The position numbers and the translations under genes were made by a program. The notes under the pieces were generated by a model. It did not search any database. It worked only from the letters and a program-made list of their open reading frames with translations, and was not told where the DNA came from. Positions 44,540 to 54,199 of a DNA stretch of 64,000 nt are shown piece after piece (within the stretch, counting starts at the first letter, position 1; each line of letters begins with the position of its first letter). Source of the DNA: Acidobacteriota bacterium. GTDB lineage: Bacteria > Acidobacteriota > Terriglobia > Terriglobales > Acidobacteriaceae. The stretch spans positions 5,520 to 69,519 of the forward strand of contig JAJYFA010000001.1 in assembly GCA_021790995.1 (NCBI GenBank), written 5' to 3'.

Positions 44540-46657
44540 ATGCGTATTGCTCTGGTTGCTGCTCTCACACTCGCCGCTGGCGGACTGACATTGCAATCAC
44601 GCGCTCAAAGCGCCGGCGATATGGTTCCCTTCAGCGTGGATTACCAGCGTGCGCTGCAGGCGCGCTCGCCGGTGGATGTGTCATTCCTTCTCGACGCTCC
44701 GGCGGGCAGGCATGGCTTCCTGAAGGTCGTCAACGGCCACCTGGCAACGGGCGATGGACAGCGCATTCGCCTATGGGGCGTCAATATCACTGACTGGGCC
44801 AAGGGATCGCGGCAGATTCCCGCAAAGAAGGATGCCGCCTTTTGGGCGGCCACACTGGCGCGCTTCGGCGTGAATTGCGTGCGCTTCCAGTTTCTTGACC
44901 TGGAGGCGCCGCGCGGTCTGATTGCCGCTGGCCGTCCCGATACGCGCAGCCTCGATCCCGAGCAGCTCGATCGTGAGGACTATTTCATCGCGCAGTTGGA
45001 GAAACGCGGCATCTATATTGACTTCAACCTTCTGGTCGGCCGGCCATTCAAGGCGGGTGATGGCGTGGAGGACGCCAATCTGCTCCACGGGGGCGCCAAG
45101 GGAACTTCGCTCTTCGATCGCCGCATGATCGAGATGCAAAAGGAGTACGCGCGGCAACTGCTGACGCACCGCAATCCCTACACCGGGCTTAACTATACCG
45201 ATGATCCTGCGGTGGGCCTGGTGGAGATCAATAACGAAAATGCGCTCAACATCGGCTTCCGCCCTCCTTCACCGTTTTATGGCAAGGAGCTGACGGAGAT
45301 GTACAACCTGTGGCTCGCGGCGCACAGAACGCCGGCGCAGATTGCCCGGTTGCGCGCGATTGCCGGCGCATCGGGCGATCAGGCTGAAGTGCCGCTCATG
45401 TTCTGGCGAGGCCAGGCCGCTTCAGCGCCTCCCGAGCGGTTCTACGCGGAGGCTGAGTTTTACAACGACACGCAGCGCAACTACTTTGCAGAGATGCAAA
45501 ACTACCTCGAGCAGACGCTCGGCTTGCATGCGCTGGTGATTGCCACTGCCGATCACAGCCACTCCGGCAGCGGCTATCCGATTCTAATGGCGACCATCGG
45601 CAGTGACGTCGTCGATGGGCACACGTATTGGGAACACCCGGAAATGTACGTGCGCAAATCGCCAATGGTGGATGATCCATCCAACTCCACAGTCGTTGAG
45701 CTCTCCCGTTCCGCTATTGCAGGCAAACCATACACGGTCAGCGAGGTAAACAATCCCTTTCCGAATGATTTCGACAGCGAGGGAATTCCAATTCTGGCGG
45801 CGTATGGCGCAATGCAGGACTGGGACGCGATCCTCTGGTACACCTTCGAACCCAAGCAGGACACGGCTTGGAAGCCATATATTGGCGATCCATTTGATAT
45901 TTCTCAGGATCCAGTGAGGATGTCTGAACTGGCGGCAGGCGCGCTGCTCTTTCTGCGCGGCGATGTCGAGAAGGCGCAGCGTGTTATCGCGCGCTCGTAC
46001 ACACAGCAGCAAGTCTTCGACAGCATGTTGCTCCCATCCGCTGAGCGTCCATATTTCACTCCTGGATTTCCGTTGCAGTTGCCCCTTGAGCATGAGATGC
46101 GCATCTCTTCCTTCACTGGACCGCCCACGCAGAGATTCGCACAGTCTGCCATGCCTGATCCGATCCGCTCTGATACCGGGCAACTGGCCTGGTACCACTC
46201 CGCGCCAGGGGCTGGGATGGTGACTGTCGATTCTCCAAGAACGCAAGCCCTGATCGGATTTGTCCGCGCTCATGCGCAGACAGACAGCAATCTGGCCGCT
46301 GCGGTGGAGAACAAATTCTGCGTGCTTCAACTCAGCTCGCTGGAGGCGAAGCCTATTGCCAATGCCTCCAAGCTATTGTTGATTGCCGGCAGCCGGGTGG
46401 AGAATACCGGCCAGCGCTGGAACTCAGCGAATACCGACGTGACGCAGTGGGGCGTAACGCCTACCTTGATGGAACCGGTGCGTGGAACCTTGCTGCTGCG
46501 TCATATGTCGCCGGCGCGCGCTGTCTCCTTGCAGGCCATGGATGGAGCCGGACAGCCGCTTGGTCCTCCAGTCGCTGCCATCCGTACCGCAGCAGGGTGG
46601 AAGATGCCGCTCGGCAATACAGTGACAACATGGTACGAAGTGACTGTGACACGATAG
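44540..46657 (+). CDS. Secreted clan GH-A (TIM-barrel, GH5-like) glycoside hydrolase; family not assignable by eye
   Basis: I trimmed the ORF to the ATG at 44540, giving signal peptide MRIALVAALTLAAGGLTLQSRAQS. The stretch RIRLWGVNITDW...FGVNCVRFQFLD....DPAVGLVEINNENAL contains the NE acid/base motif of clan GH-A. The locus context is glycosidases. Confidence 0.55.
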   Translation: MRIALVAALTLAAGGLTLQSRAQSAGDMVPFSVDYQRALQARSPVDVSFLLDAPAGRHGFLKVVNGHLATGDGQRIRLWGVNITDWAKGSRQIPAKKDAAFWAATLARFGVNCVRFQFLDLEAPRGLIAAGRPDTRSLDPEQLDREDYFIAQLEKRGIYIDFNLLVGRPFKAGDGVEDANLLHGGAKGTSLFDRRMIEMQKEYARQLLTHRNPYTGLNYTDDPAVGLVEINNENALNIGFRPPSPFYGKELTEMYNLWLAAHRTPAQIARLRAIAGASGDQAEVPLMFWRGQAASAPPERFYAEAEFYNDTQRNYFAEMQNYLEQTLGLHALVIATADHSHSGSGYPILMATIGSDVVDGHTYWEHPEMYVRKSPMVDDPSNSTVVELSRSAIAGKPYTVSEVNNPFPNDFDSEGIPILAAYGAMQDWDAILWYTFEPKQDTAWKPYIGDPFDISQDPVRMSELAAGALLFLRGDVEKAQRVIARSYTQQQVFDSMLLPSAERPYFTPGFPLQLPLEHEMRISSFTGPPTQRFAQSAMPDPIRSDTGQLAWYHSAPGAGMVTVDSPRTQALIGFVRAHAQTDSNLAAAVENKFCVLQLSSLEAKPIANASKLLLIAGSRVENTGQRWNSANTDVTQWGVTPTLMEPVRGTLLLRHMSPARAVSLQAMDGAGQPLGPPVAAIRTAAGWKMPLGNTVTTWYEVTVTR

Positions 46658-46750
46658 GCTGCCTCATCCAGCGATGCCTCGCCGAGGAGCTAAGCACGAT
46701 CTGAAGTGCATCTTGAGGACGCGGCTTCACTGCTGTGTCTGTACTGCGAT

Positions 46751-47797
46751 CTACTTCAATTCTCCGGTTGTGCCGAGAGCCGCGCGTGGCCAGCCATTCA
46801 GCCAGGTCAACGTTGAGATCTGCAGCGCCGGTTTGCCGGTTTTAGCGTCGTAAGCGTGGAAGACGATCAGGTCGCCCTCAGGCCGCTGGAGGATCGACTC
46901 GCCGCCGGGCCCCAGCCAACGGCGGTTCGCCGTGAGCAGTTCGGTTCCGCCGCCCTGCAGCATGGGCTTGCCGGAAGCGTCCAAGTATGGCCCGGTCACG
47001 TGTGTGGTGCGGCCAACCATGATGCGATAGGTGCTTTTGACGCCGCGGCAACAAAGGTCGAAGGAAACGAACAAGTAGTAATACCCTCCGTGACGCACGA
47101 CAAACGGCGCCTCGATCGCCTGCCAGTCAGGAGGCAGCCCGGGCGCGGCGGGATCTGCGTCTGCAGGTTTCACGCGCGCGGCCAGCGCATATAACTTTGG
47201 ATGCGCTGGGTCGACCTTGCCGGTTCTGGCATCGATGCGGCGCATCTTGATCCCGCTCCAGAAGCTGCCAAAGCTCAGCCATGGACGGCCTTTTTCGTCG
47301 AGGACGATGTTTGGGTCGATCGCGTTGAAGTCGTCTGCTGCGGATGAGGCGAGAACCAGACCTTCATCCTTCCAATGATAGGCAGGGCTTGCGGGATCAA
47401 GCGTTACGTTCGTGGCCAGTGCGATGCCGGAGGTGTTGACCCCAAATGCAGAGTACGCATAGTAGAGATGATACAAGCCGTGAAAGTAGGAGATATCGGG
47501 CGCCCAGAGTTCCCTGGTACGAGGACTTATCTTTTGAATCCAATCGGGAATCCGGTCGAAGACGTGTCCGCAGAGTTTCCAGTCGGACAGATTTTTTGAG
47601 CAACGCACGGCCAATTGCCCGCCGCCGGGAGCGAATCCAGTGGCAAAGACATAGTATGTGCCGTTTTCACGCGCGATCGAAGGATCGTGAGTCATGGCGT
47701 AATCCCCGGTGAGATGAATCGCCTGGGGCGACTGACAAACGAGAATCGGTGTCAGCGCAAGAACAAGCACGGTTGCAGAAAAGCGGGTCCACAGCAT
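46751..47797 (-). CDS. Glycoside hydrolase family 43 (endo-alpha-1,5-arabinanase-like)
   Basis: I trimmed the ORF to the ATG at 47797, giving signal peptide MLWTRFSATVLVLALTPILVCQ. GH43 blocks are HDPSIARENGTYYVFATG, LWAPDISYFHGLYHLYYA, IDPNIVLDEKGRPWLSFGSFWSGI and IEAPFVVRHGGYYYLFVSFDLCC. Confidence 0.85.
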   Translation of the reverse strand: MLWTRFSATVLVLALTPILVCQSPQAIHLTGDYAMTHDPSIARENGTYYVFATGFAPGGGQLAVRCSKNLSDWKLCGHVFDRIPDWIQKISPRTRELWAPDISYFHGLYHLYYAYSAFGVNTSGIALATNVTLDPASPAYHWKDEGLVLASSAADDFNAIDPNIVLDEKGRPWLSFGSFWSGIKMRRIDARTGKVDPAHPKLYALAARVKPADADPAAPGLPPDWQAIEAPFVVRHGGYYYLFVSFDLCCRGVKSTYRIMVGRTTHVTGPYLDASGKPMLQGGGTELLTANRRWLGPGGESILQRPEGDLIVFHAYDAKTGKPALQISTLTWLNGWPRAALGTTGELK

Positions 47798-48074
47798 TTG
47801 AGTAGCTCCAATCAAGCATGAAGAGACGAAATTTCAGGGCACGATACTCGCAACGACTTGCAGCGCAAAACTGCTCGATACCGTAGGCTCCACTTCCAGC
47901 GCGGTGCACGAGTCTCGGGCGCCGATATTCTGTCGATATATGTTCCGGCGGTGGTGCGTAGCAGCGAACCGCGGAGTGACAGGAGTTTTTGTGCATTCTG
48001 CCCTTTGAGATAATCGACAATTTGCGCGGCACACTACGCGAGAGGCGTGAGATCGGTGGAGAAGATTCTCGCGG

Positions 48075-49772
48075 TTATGGGGCAGCTTCAATATAAGGCC
48101 AGCCGTCAGAGGTAAAGCTCAGCGGGTTGATGCCTACGGTGGGCGTTCCGTTGTTGTTTCCGTCGTAGTAGTGATAGACAAGGGTGGGCTGCGATCCGGT
48201 TCCGTCGGTACCGGTATCGGTGAAGACGCTGGCCCCGCCGGGTCCGTAGATGTTGCCGTGTGAACTGATCAGGATGGTGCCGCCTCCAGAGGTCAGCGCG
48301 ATTCCGCCGCGATCCACGAACGGCCCCGTTGGCGAAGTGGAACGGCCTACAATCTCCCGATAAGTGCTGGAGGTTCCCTGGCAGCAGACATTGATCGGCG
48401 CGAAGTAGTAGTAATATTGCGTGCCGTTGAAGACGTAGGGATAGATGAACGGCCCCTCTTCGCCTGCACTGCGATAGGCAACCTTGGTCCAGGTGGATGT
48501 GTCGGTGGAAACAGGAAAGCCGACAGCGGACCCGGACTTTGCGGAGGACGGGGTTTCGAGTTGCAGGACGCGAATGCCGTCCGACCACGAGCCAAATACG
48601 AGCCACCAGTTGCCGTTCGCATCGACGAAAGGCGCCGGATCAATCGCATTCCACGTCGTACCTGCGGTGAATCCCCAGGGATTCGGAGAGGGCACCGCAC
48701 GGGTAGCGTTGGTCCACGAGGTGACGACGTAGCCGTCGTCATTCCACGGTCCGTTAGGCGTCGTGCTCGTGGCCAGGCCGATGACGGCCTCGGCGCCGGT
48801 CGAAGGCTCATACGGAATTGCGTAGTACAGGTAGTATGTGCCGTCGGCATAGAGCAGACTGGGTGCCCAGACATCGATGTTCTTGCCGTTGTTGTCCGAT
48901 GGCGGTGTCTGCAGTCCATTCCAGGAACTGAAATCCGGCCCAATGATCGGGCAGTGGTTATCGTCGATTAGCCAGTAGGTACCCTCGGCTGCATTGCAAG
49001 CGCCATAAGGCGTGCTCGCCGTGGTATACGTGAACGTGCTTCCGTCGGTCGAGTAAGCCAGCGTCTGGTGGGTACCGTAGAGCCAGTAATAGTGCGTCGC
49101 CGGGTCTTGCAGCATGTAGGGGTCGTGAACGTAGATCCCTGTTCCTGTAACTGCTTTCGGAGCGGGGTAGGCGGCATTGCCCGTGTCGGTAATCTTCCAC
49201 TCCTGACACGCACAGCCTGGGCCAGAGGAATTGCGCTCCCCCTGATCGATGGTTGCCGAGGTGGAAGTTCCGGAGTTGGCAACCTCCAGATATAGACTAC
49301 TGTTGCCGTTGCGAATCAGGTAATTGCCGTCCGTGAGCTTATAGAAGAGCCAGAGGTGATCTTGGGTTCCGTTGTCTGAGTACTGCAGAACCTGCGCGCC
49401 TGCGGATGTGGAGGCGTTGAGAACGCCCAGCACCTGATGAGTCAACATGTTTTCAATGTTGTAATCTCCGTTGCCCATGGGCATAAAATGCCAGTCGCTA
49501 TCGCTGGTGGTCGTACTGGATGCTTCCTGGACGACGTAGGCTCCGGCCGTCTGACTCTGCCCGGAGATGCCGAGCACCATGCTGCTGACGGCATTGGTCA
49601 ATGTGTATTGGTTAGAGTCGCCGACCGTGGTCTCTGTGCCCATGTCATAAGTCTGTCCATTGCTGCCGCTGCCGCCTGTTCCTCCACCCGAAGCGCCGCC
49701 GCCGCAGCCGGAGGCCGCCCATGCCATCAAGGCGGCGATCAGCGCCGCCGCTAATGAGAATCGCAAGATCAT
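48075..49772 (-). CDS. Lipoprotein with ricin-type lectin (CBM13-like) domain and GH43 catalytic domain
   Basis: 565 aa. The lipobox is LMAWAASGC followed by a Gly/Ser linker. Ricin-like blocks are VLQYSDNGTQDHLWLF and CQEWKI. GH43 blocks are VHDPYMLQD..YYWLYGT, VWAPSLLYADGTYYLYYA, IDPAPFVDANGNWWLVFGSWSDGI and GPFIYPYVFNGTQYYYYFAPINVCC. Confidence 0.85.
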   Translation of the reverse strand: MILRFSLAAALIAALMAWAASGCGGGASGGGTGGSGSNGQTYDMGTETTVGDSNQYTLTNAVSSMVLGISGQSQTAGAYVVQEASSTTTSDSDWHFMPMGNGDYNIENMLTHQVLGVLNASTSAGAQVLQYSDNGTQDHLWLFYKLTDGNYLIRNGNSSLYLEVANSGTSTSATIDQGERNSSGPGCACQEWKITDTGNAAYPAPKAVTGTGIYVHDPYMLQDPATHYYWLYGTHQTLAYSTDGSTFTYTTASTPYGACNAAEGTYWLIDDNHCPIIGPDFSSWNGLQTPPSDNNGKNIDVWAPSLLYADGTYYLYYAIPYEPSTGAEAVIGLATSTTPNGPWNDDGYVVTSWTNATRAVPSPNPWGFTAGTTWNAIDPAPFVDANGNWWLVFGSWSDGIRVLQLETPSSAKSGSAVGFPVSTDTSTWTKVAYRSAGEEGPFIYPYVFNGTQYYYYFAPINVCCQGTSSTYREIVGRSTSPTGPFVDRGGIALTSGGGTILISSHGNIYGPGGASVFTDTGTDGTGSQPTLVYHYYDGNNNGTPTVGINPLSFTSDGWPYIEAAP

Positions 49773-49919
49773 AATTGAGGTGTCCTGTCTGACGATGAAT
49801 TAGATTTTGAACGCATCTCCGGCGTTCTTGAGAACCCGCCTGGAGAGTGCAGCATGGTCATAGTGAGTGGTCACTGCGCCGGTTATCGACCCTGCCCGAC
49901 CGGCTAAAGCTCTATCATC

Positions 49920-49952
49920 CCATCCTTTCCGCTGAAAGCGCGGAAAGGATGG
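49920..49952. repeat. Perfect 13-bp-stem inverted repeat in the TBDR2/GH43-ricin intergenic region
   Basis: ccatcctttccgc (49920-49932), loop tgaaagc, gcggaaaggatgg (49940-49952). No U-tract follows on either strand. It lies 76-108 nt downstream of the TBDR2 stop and about 150 nt upstream of the lipoprotein start. Confidence 0.6.
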
Positions 49953-50027
49953 AGTACGGAGCTTTGGCCGCGATGGGCAGGACCGACAAGGTTGCATTTC
50001 AAAAACAACATATGGAGCGAACCGCAA

Positions 50028-53000
50028 TCAGAAGTTGAACTTCAGCCTGAATTGCGAGGTTCTTGCTCCCGCCATGTCGCCGCCGATCTGTCCATCGGTC
50101 AATCCGCCGACGGCCATGTTCGAAACCGGCCGGGCCCAGTAGTGGCGGTTGAATACGTTGAACATATCGGCGCGGAATTCGATATTCATACTTCTGGGCA
50201 TGCCAAAGGTTTTGACCAGGCCCATGTCTTCGCTTTCCCACGGAATCCAGCGAATATCCGCGGAGTTGCGCGGCATGTCACCGAACTGCCACGGATTGCC
50301 CTGCCCCGATGCGCCCACTCCGTTCGGATCGCGGTCCTGGAAGAGGTTCGGATCGTAGAAAGCATTGCAGTTAAAGTAGCCGGTCGCGCACGCCGAGGCA
50401 TACGTCGTTGAGTTGAAGTTGAGAGGATTCTTGAACGCGGCGTTCTTAACAGGCTGTCCTGTGACGCGATTGAAACGAACGCTGGAGTTCTTTCCCGGAA
50501 TGCCGGTGGCGCCAAAGATGCTCATGGGCTGGCCGCTCTCGTAGTGCAGAATGCCGCTGTAGCTCCAGCCTCCAATCAGCGTATCTACCAGACGCGAATC
50601 ACTGCCGAGAAACTTCTTGCCCCTGCCAATCGGCAGTTCGTAGATGTAACTCACTGCAAGGTTGTTGGGCGTATCTTCGCTGCTGACACACTTTTCTGCG
50701 CGCAGGTTTTCAGGATTCTGCACCGCGCCGCCGTTTTGCAGCGTGCTCCAGTAGGGCTGAATCACGTCGGCATCGGTGAGCGTCTTCGAGAAGGTGTACG
50801 ATGCCAGAATGTTCAGGCCGTTGCTGAATCGCTTGTCGAGTCTTGCCTCAAGCGCTTCATAGGTGGACTGTCCCAGGTTCTGCAGATAGCTGTCCATGTT
50901 GATGTAGCCAATCTGCGGGAAGGGACGCAGCGCCTGCGAGATGGGCTCGTTGATCGGCCAGGTGCAGGTGGGTGGTCCTGCCGGACAACTGAAGTTGGAG
51001 TAGGGCTCTATCGAATTGACACCGAAGCCGCCCTCGGCATTCGGCGGGTAATAGGCCCAATAATTCAACCAATCGCCTAACTGCATGTACTTATCCGGCA
51101 AGTCGTTGTAGAAATCGAGCATGGCGTGCAGATGCGTGGCGTGATTGCCCATATAGCCTAAGGTGACGGTGGTGTTCTGGCTGACCGCATACTGCGCTTC
51201 GAGAGCCCAGTTTTCCACCATAGCCGGGCGCCCGTTACTTTTCGCGATGTAGTCTGCGGAGATGCTGCTACCATCCAACTGGTTGGGATTCAGATCCGGA
51301 GTTGTCGGCAGAGAGCCGAGTCCATTGTCCAGCGGCACGCCGTCGAGCGGATCGGCGGTGAACAAGGCATTCTGAACGGTAAAACCCTGCGCTGTGCCCT
51401 GCCCATAGTCGGCATAGACCAGCGGTCCATAGTAAATGCCGGCGCTGCCGCGCAGCACGGTCTTGCTGGTGAGCACAGGTGGTTCCCACGCGAAACCGAC
51501 GCGCGGCTCGAAATCTTTCCTCCAAACCGATCCCCAGGTCTCGTTCACGCTGCCGTTGCGTCCCGGACCCTTACCGGCAAAGACCAGAGCGCCAAGAGCC
51601 TGCCCGTACGGTCCACCATTCGTTGCCGCATCGATCATGCTCGGATCCCAGATCGACGTATCGCCCAGGGCTTCGTGACGCGGCGTCTCGTAGCTCCAGC
51701 GCACGCCGTAGTTGACGTTCAAGTGCGGGTTTACCTTCCAGTTATCCCCCGCAAACAGCGCGCCATAATGCGATAGCCAGCGCGGCGCGTGCAAGTCGTT
51801 AAGGTTGGAAGCCAGACCGGTTTCGCCGATCAGAAAGGCAGCAAAGCCATTGCCATCCTCTCCCCAGAAGTCCTCGTCCGATGCGGTCTGGTTGGGCCAG
51901 AACTGGAAGCAGCCGGCATTGCCCGAGCAGGTTCCACCAATGTGGCTGACCCAGGAGTATTGGTGATACTGCGCTTCTCCGCCGAATATGAAACTGTGCG
52001 CGCCGTACTGCCAGTGGAGCACGTTATTCACCGCGACGGTGTTGTCCACATCGGTCGAATCCTCCTGTTGGCCAAAACCTCCAAAGGTGAATCCGATGAA
52101 CTGGAAGACCGGAAAGTCATTGCTGAATCCGTTGGCAATGCCGAACTGCTGATCCCAGTCCGTCCCCATCTGCGAGGCCTTCGATTTGTTGATGTTGTTG
52201 GAGCGGTTGCCGCCTACGGTAAGGGCGTTGACCAGATTTGGAGCAGGCATCCAGGTCCAGCCTGCACGCAGATAGGAACCTCTTTGGTCGATCGTTCCGC
52301 AGCAGGTCTGAATCGGCGGCGGCAGATTGGAGTTACCGCCCGTGTCGGTATTCTCTCGAAATTGCAGAAATGCCCAAACCTTGTTTTTTTCGCCAACGTT
52401 CTGGTCGAAACGTACGCTGTAGGCTGTGTTTTCGGTCGTGCCGCGGGAACCGGGACCGTTGTACACGTAGTTGTAAACGCTGCTGCCGGCGACTTCCTGT
52501 TGCGCCAGGGGCATCAGGTATTTGTTCACAAACATGCTTGCGATGCTGCTTGAACGGTTGATCGGAATCTTGTTGGTCGGCATTCCTGAAACGGCATACT
52601 TGCCCGCCGATCCGGTGACTGTCTGTCCGAAACCGGCATAACGGCAGGGTATGGTCGTATTGTCGTACTGCGGATCCATGATTTCGCCTGGGTATACCGT
52701 TTCGCCGCAGGGCGATTTGCCCAGCGGCGTCGAGCCGAGCAGCGACGAGAAATCATAGAATTGGCCATCGCTGCCCAATTCGGCAGGTGTCGGCAGAAGA
52801 CTCGTAATCGGTCCGCCATAGCTCTGATGCCACTGTTCGAAGTTGAAAAAGAAAAAGCTCTTGTTGTGGCCGTTGTAGAGAGCCGGAATGCGTATCGGGC
52901 CTCCGGCATTGGCTCCATAATCGGCCTTGGTATCCGCCGGCTTCACAAGCTGTTCTGCACGCGCGGCTCCCGTCTGCTCAAAAGCCTTTCCTTTCTGAAA

Positions 53001-53861
53001 CCAGTCGAGCGCGTCAAATGCGGCGTTTTTGTAGAACATGTACGCCGTGCCGTGATAGTCGTTGGTGCCGCCTCGGGTATTGAAGTTGGTCAAACCGCCC
53101 GTGGTGCGGCCTTCGGAGACGGGAAGGTTGGCGATGCTGATGTGAAATTCATAAATCGCCTCCATGGAGGGATTGACGATGCCAAAACTATTTGAGCCGT
53201 TTTCTTCACGGTTCGTCGTAATGCCGTCCAGCAGAAAGTCGGTACCCATCTCCTGACCGCCGGCGATTTTGATTGTGTCGGTGCCTGCCGACGACTGGCC
53301 AAAACCGGCCACGCCGGGAGCCAGGAAGGCAAGTGCCTCGGGAGAACGGAAGCCAGCCACTGACAGAGGCAGTTTGTCCACCTGTTCGGGAGAGAAATTG
53401 GCGTCGATCTCAGAGGAATCGGTTTCAAGCCCCGATTCACCTGCCACCACATTGATGGTGGTCGTCGCCGCGCCAACTGCAAGGCTGACATTGAAGCCGG
53501 TTGTGGCGCCAACCGCAATCGTCAGGTCGCGATTGACCACAGTCTTAAAGCCCGTAGCCGTTACCGTTACTTCGTACCTTCCAGGACGGACTGCCGGCAG
53601 GCTGTAATACCCACTTGCTACGCTTACGGTCGAGTAGGCTGTCCCCGTATTGACTCCAGTGATCTCGATTTTCGCGCCCGGCACCGATTTGCCTGCCGGG
53701 TCGAGTATGGTTCCCGCGAGGGCTCCGGTATCCAGTTGGGCCAATGCCGTTGTGGGGATGCCCACAAGCAGGCTCAACAATAGCGCGCACAGCCATGTGC
53801 GTGCTGTGGACCGCCGCTGCGGTTTGCAGAATGCGCGCCTGTGATTTCCAAACCGTGTCAT
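50028..53861 (-). CDS. TonB-dependent outer-membrane receptor with carboxypeptidase-regulatory-like domain, copy 2
   Basis: I trimmed the ORF to the ATG at 53861 (RBS ggaggg), giving signal region ..ARTWLCALLLSLLVGIPTTALAQ. The CarboxypepD_reg block is GALAGTILDPAGKSVPGAKIEITGVNTGTAYSTVSVASGYYSLPAVRPGRYEVTVTATGF. The protein ends ...FRLKFNF. Confidence 0.9.
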   Translation of the reverse strand: MTRFGNHRRAFCKPQRRSTARTWLCALLLSLLVGIPTTALAQLDTGALAGTILDPAGKSVPGAKIEITGVNTGTAYSTVSVASGYYSLPAVRPGRYEVTVTATGFKTVVNRDLTIAVGATTGFNVSLAVGAATTTINVVAGESGLETDSSEIDANFSPEQVDKLPLSVAGFRSPEALAFLAPGVAGFGQSSAGTDTIKIAGGQEMGTDFLLDGITTNREENGSNSFGIVNPSMEAIYEFHISIANLPVSEGRTTGGLTNFNTRGGTNDYHGTAYMFYKNAAFDALDWFQKGKAFEQTGAARAEQLVKPADTKADYGANAGGPIRIPALYNGHNKSFFFFNFEQWHQSYGGPITSLLPTPAELGSDGQFYDFSSLLGSTPLGKSPCGETVYPGEIMDPQYDNTTIPCRYAGFGQTVTGSAGKYAVSGMPTNKIPINRSSSIASMFVNKYLMPLAQQEVAGSSVYNYVYNGPGSRGTTENTAYSVRFDQNVGEKNKVWAFLQFRENTDTGGNSNLPPPIQTCCGTIDQRGSYLRAGWTWMPAPNLVNALTVGGNRSNNINKSKASQMGTDWDQQFGIANGFSNDFPVFQFIGFTFGGFGQQEDSTDVDNTVAVNNVLHWQYGAHSFIFGGEAQYHQYSWVSHIGGTCSGNAGCFQFWPNQTASDEDFWGEDGNGFAAFLIGETGLASNLNDLHAPRWLSHYGALFAGDNWKVNPHLNVNYGVRWSYETPRHEALGDTSIWDPSMIDAATNGGPYGQALGALVFAGKGPGRNGSVNETWGSVWRKDFEPRVGFAWEPPVLTSKTVLRGSAGIYYGPLVYADYGQGTAQGFTVQNALFTADPLDGVPLDNGLGSLPTTPDLNPNQLDGSSISADYIAKSNGRPAMVENWALEAQYAVSQNTTVTLGYMGNHATHLHAMLDFYNDLPDKYMQLGDWLNYWAYYPPNAEGGFGVNSIEPYSNFSCPAGPPTCTWPINEPISQALRPFPQIGYINMDSYLQNLGQSTYEALEARLDKRFSNGLNILASYTFSKTLTDADVIQPYWSTLQNGGAVQNPENLRAEKCVSSEDTPNNLAVSYIYELPIGRGKKFLGSDSRLVDTLIGGWSYSGILHYESGQPMSIFGATGIPGKNSSVRFNRVTGQPVKNAAFKNPLNFNSTTYASACATGYFNCNAFYDPNLFQDRDPNGVGASGQGNPWQFGDMPRNSADIRWIPWESEDMGLVKTFGMPRSMNIEFRADMFNVFNRHYWARPVSNMAVGGLTDGQIGGDMAGARTSQFRLKFNF

Positions 53862-54199
53862 ATGCAAATTCCCTCCAGTTCTATGGCCTCCGGTCGGGGT
53901 CTTCTCCCGTGGAGCTTGATTTTTTGCCGCCATCGTTACTGTGGCGCCATTTACTTCAGCGCAAACCCAAAGCAGGCGGCTGATTGCATCGGGTTGCTAC
54001 GCTCTCCGCTCAGTCCAAATGTTGTTGAGTGTCTCCGTCATGTACCCTCGGCAGATGTACCGGATTGTGCAGGAGCGCGCCGGCCTGGTAAACGCTTACC
54101 CATCTGCCGCCTGAACGCCCCTTCGTCTTCGTGTCGCATTGCCCATCTCCTCCCGCCGCCTTCCACGCCGAGCGGCTGTCGCCTCAAGCCCCAACTCGT

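Noticed and set aside
49800-50027. Small ORFs filling intergenic spacers: 49800-50027, 53841-54329, 47834-48091, 59515-59703 and 18586-18852. Also the 20-604 ORF at the window start.
   Set aside because: They have no RBS, a biased composition and no motifs. They overlap or are antisense to better-supported genes or regulatory regions.
54051-54072. A direct heptamer repeat ATGTACC at 54051 and 54066 upstream of TBDR2, reminiscent of NarL heptamers.
   Set aside because: A 7-mer repeated once within a 340-bp spacer is not clearly beyond chance. No further copies were found at other promoters in the locus.
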